Shown here one piece after another: positions 32,685 through 44,800 of a stretch of DNA of 64,000 nucleotides. This DNA comes from Thecamonas trahens ATCC 50062 (Eukaryota; Protista; Apusomonadida): NCBI RefSeq assembly GCF_000142905.1, contig NW_013657649.1:248001-312000 (forward strand), written 5' to 3'. The first letter of the stretch is position 1. Every line of letters begins with the position of its first letter. The position numbers were made by a program, and so were the translations under genes. The notes beneath the pieces are model-generated. The model was not told the DNA's origin, did no database searches, and saw only the letters and a program-made list of their open reading frames with translations.

Positions 32685-35600
32685 ATGACTCAATCCAAAT
32701 ACGAGGAGCGCTGCTCTGTCAGGCAGACGCCTGTGTTTCTGGAGCATGTTCGAGACGGGGTCCGGTCACGCCTCCTCTCCGCCCTCACTATGACCATGCT
32801 GTTTGCGGTTGTCTCCTTCCTCATCTTTGGCGCCTTTTTCCGCAACCCGCTCCCGCTATACGGCCGTAACATTCCGGCGACGCTTGAGACGGTGCTTCTT
32901 CCAAGGCGTGAGCTGGAGGCTGCTGTGGTGGCCACCGGTGATGGATCGGCCGGAGCGAGGCCAAGCGAGCCCTTTGCCAAGTTTCGCATCGCCAACAAGC
33001 GCGGGTTCGGCGTCAAAGACGCGGTCATCACGGCATCGATTGCGTCGTTTAGTGTCCCTCCACTTGTGGCGGGGACAGTCCGATGCAATCCGCTGGCGGC
33101 CACGCTGCTGGTGCAGCAGTACGCGTATCTCTGTGATGCCCTGCTCGACGGCACCGCCACCACCGATGCCAACGGCGTGGCCGTCTTTGACGCCACCCGC
33201 TTTGCGCCCGGCACGCAGCCAGGCAAGTACAACGTGACCTTTGTCAGCGGGCCGTTCTCGACCTCGGTCGAAGTCACTGTCACCTCGCCGGTCGCTTATC
33301 TCGACTTTACTGTCCCGCCGCTCGCCTCGCTCAGCGACTTTACTGGCGTGTTTATCGGCGACTCGGCGTCGATTCCGTTCTATGTCACTCCGTACGACGC
33401 CGAGGGCAATCCGCTCGCCGGCCGCATTGTACGGCTTGTCTCGCGCTCGATCGACGGCTCGATTGTTATTCCCGTCGACGAGTACCACCCAACCCGTGCC
33501 GACAAGGTCGTCTACCTCCCGCTCCCGCAGTCGGACAAGGTTATTCTCCTCGAGAACAACGTGGCGACAACCAACGCCACCGGCGCCGCCGCCTTTGAAG
33601 CCCTCACCGTCGTGGCTGCCTCGCATCCGGTCGCCTATCTCACTTTTATCTGCGACGGCGCCGCCCTCGACCTCTTTGCCGACGCCTTCCGCCCGCCGAT
33701 TGTGTTCACCGACGCCGATGCCATCACCATTGTCGAGCAGCCGTCGGCAACCGTTGTTGAGGGCCAGCCACTGGCGGTCCAGCCGCGGCTGAGGGTGACC
33801 AACGCCGCCGGGGCCGGCCTCGCCGGACGAACAGCCTTTGCGCTCATCGCCCGCCGCGACGGCGTGCCCGAGCCCGAGTTTCTGCAGTACGTCAATCCGC
33901 TCGAAGACCGCAAGCAGCTGACCAACCCCATTTCGGGCAAGACTGACGCCGACGGCTTTGTCACCTTTGCCAATCTCGGCTTTGGCATCGACGGCCCCGC
34001 CGGCGTCTACACCCTCGTCTTTGTCGTCGACGGACTCGGCTCAGAAGTGAGCCAGGACATTACGGTGACGACGACTGTTGCCACAGTCTCGGTCTCATAC
34101 TTTCCGGTCCTCCCCATTTCAGTCCCGTACGAGGAGGTCAACTTTCCGGTTGTCGCCATCTCGGACGCCAATGGCCGGCCGGTTCCCGGCAAGACGCCCA
34201 AGCTCATCCCCAACCCGCGCGCACGCGGCCAGTCGCACGCTCAGCCTTCACTCGCCAACGGGCTCGCCTTCTTTGACCTGCTTACCGTCACCGCCGTCGA
34301 CTTTGACTCGACGTACGGCGTCGACCCCATTCCGTTCCCGCCGACCCATCTCACCTTTGTTGTCGACGTCGATGGCGTCCGCACCTCGCTCAACGTCTCC
34401 TTTGTCCCGGCGAGTGATCAGTACGTCGCGCCAGTGGCGACTTGGATCGAGACCGTCACCCCGCCGCCAGCGCTCATTCTTCCCACCGACGTCCTCAACG
34501 TCTCGCTCACGCTCCTCAATGCGTTCATGGATCCGATTCCGCTCACTCCGTCCATTCTCTTCTCCAACCCACTCATTCCCTCGGGCATCTTCTTCCAGAC
34601 CGCGGTCCGGCTCGTTAACTCGGCGACGTTTGTCAGCACATATGAGCTTATTCCCGCCACCGCCCAGGTCGACTACTACAACACAACGCTTGTGGACGAG
34701 CCGTGGCGCGCGACTGCCTTTCCATACCTCTTTGGTGTCAATGGGTACACTGGCTCGTTCACCTACCAGATCTCACTCGCGCCCGGCGGGAGTGCCAACG
34801 CCGGCCGGTCCTCGCCGGTTGCCTCGAACCTCTTCGAGGCTGTGCTTTACAACCCGATTTCGACCTATCTTTCTTCGGTCCAAGCCGATCTCTCGGTTAT
34901 CGTCCGCGACGACGCCAACGCACTCGTCCCCAACTCTTACGTCCAGCTCAACGTTCTGCCGTACACCTCGGTCGACGTCACCTTTCTCTCGCTCCTCGGT
35001 GAAGTGCCGCTGACGGGCGTGGTCTCATCGGCCGTCGCAGGCTTCACCAACGCCTCGGGCGTGTGCGCGTTTGGCGCGCCGACGTTTTTGCCCAACGTTG
35101 TCGGCCCGGTCGACGTCTTTTTCTACGCCGGCGGCAAGCTCCTCACCGGGCTGGTCAAGGTCAACGTTCCGCGGGTGGTAGCCAACATCACCATTGTCAC
35201 GCCAGCAGTGTACTTTGATGCCACGGCGCTCGACAGTGCCAACGCCGACGTCATGCCGTTCTTTGTTCCGTTTACCACCCAGCCGCAGGTCCGCCTCCTC
35301 GACGCTGCCGGTGACCCTGTGGTCGGCGCGCGCGCGCTCATTGCCGTCGCTCAGGATCCGACGACCTACAGCTACTTTGAACAGTCGGACGAGGCATTTG
35401 TCGGACGGGTGACCGTAGCGTCTGGAGAGGAAGCCAAGGTTGCCTCGATGTTTTCTCTGCCTTCCGACGCCACCGGCCTTGCTACTTTTGAAGACATCGG
35501 GGTGTGGTACGCGGTCGGCGCCGACGGCTCTCCGCTCAAAACGCCAGCGACGCTCCGTCTGCGGTACTTTTCCGACGGTGGCGCCGGCATCGATGGTGGG

Positions 35601-38600
35601 CCGATTCACGACGTGGGGACGCCCAACACGGTCCGAGTTCTCGATACTGTCACCATTGCCATTGTGCAGCAGCCGTCGTCGGTCGCCTCGCTTGGCGTTC
35701 CGTTTGCAAAGCCGATCACCCTCTCGCTCACCACGGCCTCGGGTGTGGTGCCGGATGTAACGTATGCCACGGTCTCGGTGGTGTCCGGCCCTGTAGTGAC
35801 CAACGCCGACGGCAGCAACACGTCGCTGGCGGCATCGGCGCGGATTTCCCAGTCGCTGTGGCCGTTCCAGGCTCGATCCAAGTTTGTGGTCGATACCAAG
35901 TTCGAGCGCGGCGCCGCCGGGCGGTACGAGCTCGCGGTCTCGTTCCCCGGTGCGCCATCGGTTGTGCTCGAGCCGATCGAGCTGACGTCGCGGGTCTCGT
36001 CGCTCCGGCTGGTGCGCCAACCGCCACTGGTTGTTCCAGTTGGCGGCCTCTTTCGCATCTCGGTGCGGGCGTCGATCAAGAGCGGCGCAGTGCTTGGCGG
36101 AGTGGTTGTCCAGGCGCGGCTCATCCGCGGAACTACGAGCGTGGCCAAGGCCATCCGGCTCGACCAGATCGGACGCAACCGACTCGACGCGTCGCGCGTT
36201 TCCAACGCCACCGATACCAACGGCATTGCCGACCTCTCGCTCACGGTCGAGTCTGCCGAGCCCGGTCTCTTTACCCTCGTCATCACCACCACCGACGGCC
36301 TCGTCGCCTCGCTGCCGTCGCGGCCGTTTCTTGTCACCAACAATGTCAAGAAAGTGACATTGCTCCAGCAGCCGACTGGCCTCGCCAAGCCGCTCATTCC
36401 GACGCGGACCCTCAACGGGCGGTCCGACACGGTTCTCATCACGTCCGAGGGTGACCAAGGCGTGTCGACAATGCAACAGCCGGTTGTTCGGGTGACTGGC
36501 GACCTCGGCGACGCCAAGAACGTCCCGCTCCCCGGCGTCGCCATCGAGGCCGTTGTCGTCCAGTCGTCGACCACAGACGGAAGTCTCTCCGGGACGACCA
36601 TCACCGCGCAGGATGTGTCGCGGCCGGAGCTGCTCTGGAGCCGCGGAACGGCGGTGAGCGACGCCAATGGCGTGGCGCGGTTCTCGGACCTGCGGTTCAC
36701 TTCGGGTGCAACCGGCGCGTACCGGCTCATTTTCCGCGGGCGCGGCATTGAGTCTGTGGCGTCGGCGCCGTTCCTGGTCACCAACGTCCTGGTTCCTGAC
36801 GCGGAGCGGCTCTCATCGTTCCGAGCATTTGTCTTTGTTGTCCTCATCCTCATGCTGCCGATGCTGTATGGCAACATCATGGGCAACTCGCGGTACGCCA
36901 TTGTGGGTGCGGTCATTCTCGGACTCGCCTTTCTGGCCTTCTCGTTGTTTTTCTGGCCAACGCGGTGGCGCCATCGTCGCCCAAGGACGCGTTCGAGGTC
37001 ACGCTCAACGTGGTGACGATTGTGGCGCTGCTCGCGGTGCTAGTCTGGTTCGTGGTGGTTCTCGTCGGCACCTTCCGTGGCGCGGCCACGTTTGTGGAAA
37101 AGCGCGAGGTTCTCGCCTTCGAGACCGTCAAGCGGCTGCTCTCGCCGACCCATGCGAATCAGTACTGGGAGGACAAGCTGCGGGAGGCTGCCGGGTCGCG
37201 GATTCGGCGGTGGCGGATTGCGCTCGCTGACAAGCTCCCGAGTGTGCTGGCCGACAAGATCGACCCCGGCCCGCTCGACGATGGAAGCGGCAACCCGTTT
37301 GAGCCGTTTGAGACCAAGGCTGACTTTGTCTACCCGCAGCGGCTCGTCATTGCCGCGTTTGTGGCGGGCTTTTTTGTGGCAATCATGACGCTCGGCGCGG
37401 TTGTCGCAGTCCTCTGGGTCCGGTACTACGCCGATCTTGCGTTCCAACAGCTGCTCAAGGTCGAGCTTCTCTTGGAGCGGCAGCAGCAGGCACTGCAGGC
37501 TACGGCTGCGGCGTCTGGGCTCGATACGTCTGCAGGCGATCTCAAGGTGGCGCTCTCGGCATCGTCGTCACTCTCGCACTACTTGGTGGGCCTAGTCTCG
37601 TCGCCGGTCTTCACCGAGCTCCGCAAAGCGCTTCTCGACGCCGGTGCGGTGGCGGTGGTAGGCACGCTCATCTTTGTGGGCGTCATGTGGTATCTGCTCC
37701 TTGTCAACTACCGCAAGAACGTGTTTCGGCTCCGGCGCGGGCTGGTGGACAAGGTATTGTACAAGCAGAGCAAGTACAAGGCGCTCCGCGCGCCGGCGTA
37801 CATCGGCATGCAGACGGTGCACACACTTGCCGGCTACGCGACAACCTTCCTCATTCTGTGGATTGTCTTTTCCTCGTCTTTTTCCGGCCAACACGGGCGT
37901 ACGGCGCGTCGCGGATCCTCCCGCTCGTGCTCTCGCTCCTCACGCTCAATCTGCTCATGAAGCTTGTGCAAAAGTTTATCATTGCCAGGTACGTGGTCTC
38001 GAGCGACCACCCGTTCCTCCTCCCGAACCCACGGTGGTGGTCGCTCTATGAGCTCGTCTATACCTTTCTCAACATTGTCAACGGCGTCTCGCTCACGATT
38101 GTGCGGTTCTCGGGCGCGCTCGGCGCGCTCGTCTTTACCTTTTTGCGAATGGACTACCCGGTGGTCAACAAGACCCGCGAGCACGCCGACCCAGGCTTCC
38201 ACGCCTACGTGGCGATGCTCCTCCTCGATCACGTCCACAACAACCCTGTGGTGGTCGTCGCCTCGCAGATCTTCATCCAGTCGCTGCTGTACGGGCGGGC
38301 GCGCGACGGCGCCGACATTGTACCGTACCGGCTGCGGATCGACGACCCGGACTCGGGCTTTCCGTCGCCTCCCAAGCCGCGGCTCTCGCCGACGGCGCGG
38401 CGAGCCCGGCTCCGGTGGGCACTCGCCGTCACCCTCATCAACAATCCGTCGTTGAGGGCAGAGCGCTGGTTTGCACTCGAGGCCGCCGCTGCCGCCCGCG
38501 CCGTCCTCCGCGCTCCAGGCCTGGTCGTCACCAGCCACACAACACTCGACGACGAGATGTTTGTGGGCGCGGTGGCTGCCGGCAACACCGATGGTCAGAG

Positions 38601-38796
38601 GGCAGCGCCGATCGGCGCCAGCAGGGTCGTCTCGACGGCGCCTGCACTCGACGGCGGCTCAAACTCGGCCGACGGCGTTGAGCTCGAGATGTTTCCGGGT
38701 GTGACGGCGGTGTCTGTTGCGCCTGCGCCTTCGCATCACCCCGCCCATGCGTTGTCCGAGAACTCGTCCTCCGAGCACTCGAGCACTCCAGAGTAA
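32685..38796 (+). CDS. Giant membrane protein: N-terminal TM, ~1300 aa of Ig-like (Big-1/invasin-like) repeats, C-terminal STRA6/RBP-receptor-like multipass domain; frameshifts at ~36950 and ~37870
   Basis: Repeats 'TDANGVA.F..L....G.Y.L.F' and 'IVQQP'. C-terminal 'FLNIVNG..R.D..DPGFHAYVAMLLLDHVHNNPV' and 'RARLRWALAVTLINNPSL' are STRA6-family motifs. Three ORFs join at T runs. Confidence 0.78.
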
Positions 38797-38838
38797 ACAC
38801 ATCATCCTAACCCTGCAAGGGAGCGAGTGCTAATTCAT

Positions 38839-41800
38839 TTACTCGTCGTACTCGTACTCTTCGTCGTCGTCCGAGGCAGCGGCCGAGTCGGGCTCAAAGT
38901 CCGACTCTGAGTCGTTGCGGGCCTGGCTCGCCTGCGAAGTGACGAGCGGATCGTCGTCGGCCTCGAGCTGTGCGGCAACGGCACGAAGGGCGGCGGCAGA
39001 GCGGGTCTTGCGCCGCTTGGAGGCACGGCGAGTGGCGGCGCCCGAGGCGCCGGCCGAGTCGCTGTCGTCGCCGCTACAGGCCGAGGCATCGAGGTCGAGG
39101 TCGAGAGCAGCGGCAGCAGTGCGACGGCGGCGGCGCTTGCGAGAGGCTGTAAGCGGCTTGCGGCGAGTCGACTTCAAGCCACGCGCACGCTTGGTGGGCG
39201 AGGCATCGTCATCGTTGTTGCTGTGGCCGGTGGACGCGCGTGAGCGCTTGCGGCGCGAGGTGATGAGCGGGTTGACCGAGACCTCGTCGGCCTCGATGGC
39301 GGCGCGGAGGAGGTGGAGCGCGCTCGCGGCGTGTGGGTTGGCGGCGATGGCAGTGTCGTCGGGCATCTCGGGATCGCCAAACGATGGCAGTGTAAATGCG
39401 GAGGCGGTGGGCGAGGCCGAGCGGTCGATGGTGAGGCGCGACGGGGTGTAACCCTCGCACTTGGCCTCGGTGAGGCCGTAGAAGATCTTGAGCCCGCGCT
39501 TGAGGCGGAGAAGGAGGATAAGGGCGGAGGATGCGTTGATGGCGTCGCGGCAAGAGAGTACCGGGCTTACCTCTGGGTTGCCGTCGACAAAAGCCTCAAG
39601 TGCGCCCTCGATGAGTCCGCCGGCCGATGCGACTAGGCGGTTGACCTCGTAGACGACGTAGAGCACAGCGTCCTCCTTGCGGTAGGGCAGATGGGCAAGG
39701 AGGCCGGCGATAAAGACGAGGTAGTCAAACGGCGGCGGCTGAGCGCGCGACGGTTCAAAGGTGCGGACAAGGGCACCGAGCCAAGCGCAGCGGCGTGGGC
39801 GTGAGGAAGCGACAAGCTGGTACAGGCGGACAAAGAAGGGGCCTGGAAGGGTGACGGCGCCGTCACAGGGCGCCGAAGCAAGGACTGGAGCGGCGGCGGC
39901 CAGTGCCGGGCCAGCTGCGCCCTGGTCAAAGGCGAGACGGACGCCGTCCATGAGGCGCGAGTGGATCATGTCCGAGTCCTTATCGGCGATGTGGGCAAGG
40001 AGGCGGAAGGCCATGTCGGCGAGGGTTGCGGACGAGGCACGGGCGCAGGCGACGGCCATGAGCGGCGGAACAGCGATGATGGGGTGGACAAGGCCTTGAC
40101 GAAGAAGGAGGCCGAGGACCTGGAGGACGGCGGCGCGGACCTGGGCCACCGGCGAGGCGACAAGCGCAAGCACGGCGTCAAAGTGAGTCTGCAGTACGCC
40201 CGACGAGGCCGAGATGTAGGCGAGCTCGGTGTCGGACTCGTCGTCCATGGTCAGGCCTCCCATCCACGCCCGCTTGGCGGTCGTCCCGCGCTTGGCGAGC
40301 GCGGCAGCCTTGAGCGAGAGCGCCTTGCCGGTCACGGCGGCAGCGTTGGTGGAAGCGACGAGGTGCGAGGACGAGCGCTCCTGCTCCTCGGCCGCGAGAA
40401 GCTGGGCAAAGCAGCGGAGGATGGTCGAGTGGATCCGATGCGGCGTCGACGGTGCAAGCCACTTGGCGAGCGCGCCTGCGCGCGAGGTCTTTTCCAGCAG
40501 CGACGGCTTGCGGATCCAGACGTTGCCGGCAGCTTGAAGGGCGCGGAGAAGGACGTTGGCGTCAGGATGGCTCGTAAACTGGAGCATGAGCTCGTAGACG
40601 GCGGTGACCGGTGAGGCGTCCTCGTCGGGTCGAGCAGGGGCAAAGACCGAGGATGGCGAGGATGCGAGCGGGGCGGACGCCAGAGTGGCATCAAAGTCGT
40701 AGTGGCGGACGAGGAGGCCCATGCAAAAGAGGGCGCGTTGGAGGTTGCGGCGCGCCTTCTCGGTAAGCTGGTGGAGCGGGAGGCCGGCGCACTGCGAGGC
40801 AAAGGCGTAGAACTTGCCGAGGACGGCGTCGCGGAGCCGGGCCGCGGAGCGGGTGACGTGAGTTGTGAGGGCGGCGAGTGCCTTGGCCACGCCCGGAATG
40901 ACGTCGGCGGGCTTTTGGAAGAGCGCAGCAGTGAGCTCGGTCTCGGCGAGCGAAGCGAACGAGGCCGCCGGGCGTGGCATGACCGGGAGGGCGAGGGCGA
41001 GGATCTCGGCGGCGAGGGCGAGGGTAGCGAGAGCCTCCGTCGAGGCGCCCGAGGCAGCAACCCGGAGGTACGGCGCGAGCTGGGCGGCGTGCGGAGCGGC
41101 GGCGGCTGGCGAGCCCTGGGCGATGAGAAAGAGAGCGCGCATGCGGACAACTAGCGGCGCGGCGCGGACCTTGGGTGAAAAGCCGGAGAGGTCGTGGGCA
41201 AGGATCTCGTCGACGAGCTGGGAAACAAGGCCGCGGGCTGGCGGGGACGGCGGGGCGCCGACCAGCTCAGCCATGAGGTCGATGAACCACTGGGCCGAGG
41301 AGGCGGCGAGAAGAACCGACGAGGTCTCGGTGTCGGTGTTGTCGTTTGCGGAAGCGTCATCGTCGGAGAGGATGGCGACGAGGGCCAGGATCTGGCCGAT
41401 GCGGGCGCGGAGCGGGAGCGGTGAGTTGTCATCGAGCCAGAGCGAGCGGAAGAGAGCCTTTGTCTTGTCCTGGACCGACTCCTCCTCGTCGTGGATGCGC
41501 GAGGCGAGGCGCTTGAGGACCCAGGGGACCGAGGCATGGCGCGGCGACTTGGCCACAAACTGGCCGAGGACTTTCATGGCGCGAACGCGGACCGAGACGG
41601 CGGTATCAAGGACGCGCGAGGCCATGGCCGAGAGCAGCGCGTCGAGCGAGGGCAATGCAGAGGCGAGGCCTGAAACCTCATCGTCAGCGGCGCGCTCGTC
41701 GTCCGAGTCGACAATGTACATGCCAGTCTTGCGGGACCGGCGAAGCGGGTCAGCGCGCGCGTCGAGCACCTGCATCAGCGCCTCGCCAAGGAGGTCGAGC

Positions 41801-44800
41801 GCGGTCTCGCGGACGCGAGCCGACTCGTCGAGCATGCGGCCGAGGACGGCGGAGCGGACTTGTGGCACTTCAAAATGGGACCAGGCGGTCTTGACGACGG
41901 CGGCGACGGCACGAAGCGCCTGGGTGCGAAGCGAGGTTGACGAGTCCTGCAGCGCAAGAACAAGCGCCGAGAGAAGGGGCGGGAGCGAGCGGGCGAGCGG
42001 GCGGTTGAGCGCGAGGCTGATCGCCAGCTGCTGGGTCCCGAGCAGCGAGGGAACAAGCAGGGTGGGCGAGGCCGGATCAAGCGAGGCGCGCGCGGCGCCG
42101 GCGAGCACCGACTCGGCGCCGGCGTCCGACTGCGAGCGGCGGAGCCCGCCAGGAGCCGAAGGGCGGAGTGCCGAGAGCAGTGACTTGCGCGAGCGCATGT
42201 TTGCGGGGCGAAAGTCGGCAGTGGAGACGTCGATGGCGGCGAGCTCATGGTACACGGTCTTGAGCATCGGCGGGAGCTCCGAGCTCGCCTCCCACTGGGC
42301 GAGGTAGTAGAGACGCGCAAACTTTGCGGCCGGCGCCGACGCAGCCTGGATGGCGAGCGCGTTGGCGAGGAGGACGTGCTGGGCGAGGTCGCGTGGCGGG
42401 GGGATGGTGGTGGCGCCGAGGGCGGTGAGCTTGGCCTGGAGGCCGGCAACGGCACTGGCGTCTCCGCCGCCGAGGCGGACCAAGCGGAGCCGCGACTGGA
42501 GCCGCTTGGCCTCTCGGGCGAGAGCAGAGGCGGCAAGCTCGTCTGCGAGCGCGGTGATGAGGCAGGCGTCGCAGAAGAAGAGAGGCGGGGTGTCGGCCTC
42601 GGCGAGGCCGATGCAGCTCCCGTGGAACCAGCGGGCGCACTCGTCGCAGGAAATCATGAACTGGCCAACGTACTCGATGGCGCACTCGACGCACGAGATG
42701 TCTTCGCCGAGCTGAGCCGGGTCGCCCTGCGACGACGGCAGTGCAGGAGGGAGGCCCGAGGAGAGCGACGATGACGAGCGCTCGAGCTTTGCAAGCGAGG
42801 CGTGGATGGAAGGTGTGCCGTTGGTGTGGTCGTCTTCAGCAGGCGCGGCGGCTGCCGACGTGGCGGCGGCGTGTGGGGCGACAACGGCGGGGATGGCGGC
42901 GGCGGCATGGGCGGCAAGGGTGGCGGCGACGCGGCCGAGGAGCGAGATGCCAAACGCAGCCTGAGCGGTGGGCACCATGCCGCGGTTGCCAGCGCAGCGC
43001 GAAGCAAGCGTGACCGAGATGAAGCGGGCAAGGGCCTCGGCGGCCGGCCACGAGGGGTGGTCGAGAACGGCAAGGACATCAGCGACAAAGTTGTCAAAGA
43101 GCGCCTTGTAGTCGGTGGCGAGATCGGCCTTGCGGGTGCGCTTGTTTGGTGAGCCGGGGCCGCCTCCGCCGAGGACCGAGATGGCCTTGTTGAGGAAGAG
43201 CTCGACAAAGGCGCGGCCCGAGGCGAGCGCGTGCGCGTAGGTTGAACCCTCGGCAAGAGCAACGCTGTTGGCCTCGTCGTCGGATACCGACCCGTTCTCG
43301 TCGTCGCCGTCGTCGTCGCCGTCACCGTGGGAGACCTTGGCCGAGAGTACAGGACACGACTGGAGGAGGAGCATGACAAGGGCCGAGACCATCTGAATGG
43401 CACGCGGCGGCGAGCCTGCCGCTGCCGCCGAGCCCGGGAGAAACGGCACAATCTCATGCTCGATGCGGTACGACCGGAGCCCGCGCCGCGAGACCGGCAG
43501 TTTGTCGAGCGATGTCAGAATGTCCTCGAGAATGGTGAGCCTGTGGAGCGGGTAGCGGGCAAAGATGCTCTGGATGACCGGCAGGGTGGCGAGCTGGAGT
43601 GGCGCGACGCCCTCGACAAAGAAAGTTGAGAGGATCATCGAGGTGAGCCCGAGTACGACGGTGTCCGAGTGAGTGGTGAGCTGAACAAGGGCGCGCCAGG
43701 CAGCAAAGGCGTCGATGATCTTGGTGGTGAGCATGTTGACGGTGCGGAGCTTGGCGGCCTTGCGTGCGCGCGGCGCCTTGCCCCGAGCACCACCAGCGGC
43801 GAGAGGTGCGCTGCTGTTGTCGTCGGACGCATGGTCGCCAACGCCATCGTCGTCGTCGTCGACGTCATCGTCGTCGTCCGACTCGCCGTCGCTCCGACCG
43901 GTGTAGAGCGTGTTGGCGGAAGCAGAGGCCGACGACGGGCGGAGGTACGAGATGTCGTGGGCGGGGAAGATGTTGACGCGGAGATGGGTCTTCGTAAAGG
44001 TGAGGACGGCTTCGATGAGGTCCTCGGAGCGAAGCTGGCGCGGAATGCCGGGGGCGGTCATGATGGCGAGGACAGTGAGGAGGGCCTCGAGGGCGAGCGC
44101 GAGGTGTGGGTGGAGGGGAGCGTTGGCGGACTGGGCATCGAGCGAGAGGACGAGGCTTGACGCTGGCTCAAAGACGCCACGGAGGAGCGCGGTGAGGCGG
44201 AGGAGCATGTCAAGTGGGGCCCGGGCGAGGAGCCGCTGGCGGGCGAGGGTGGCGAGCGCGGCGCGGAATGAGGCCATTTTGACGGCCGGAAAGTGGGCAT
44301 GCAGCTCGTGCGGCGCGCTCCGCACGAGCTCCTCGTGCTCGAGGAGGTCGTCGAGGAGTGGGGTGAACTTGGCAAACGGGGCCGAGGCAAGGAGCGCATC
44401 GGGGCCCGGGCCGTTGTGATGCGAGCCTCCGTAGTCCATGGCGGCAACGCCCGAGTCGGAGCCGGAGCCGGAGCCGGAGCCCGAGTCGGATGGCGGGACG
44501 GCGTTGGCAAGCGGCGGCCATGCTGGAGCCGGTTTGCCCTTGCGCTTGCGGCGCGACGGCGACGTGGCGGGGAGCGCCGGCGGCGGCGACGGCGACGCGG
44601 CGACACCGGTGGCCGACGCGTCGGATGGCGGCGGGGATGGGGCGCTGGCCGGGGCCGGACAAAGGGTCTCGGCCATGTTGCGGATGCGAGCTTTTTTGCG
44701 GCGCTTGCCCTTGCCCTTGCCCTTGCCCTTGGCGAGCTGGGAGTCTTCGTCGTCGGCAGATTTCACGACCTTTTTCGGCCGCGGCGGCTCGGCCACCAAG

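Noticed and set aside
32685-38796. Calling the frameshifted genes pseudogenes
   Set aside because: There are no in-frame stops or decay on either side of the shifts, and all shifts are at homopolymers, so sequencing error is more likely.
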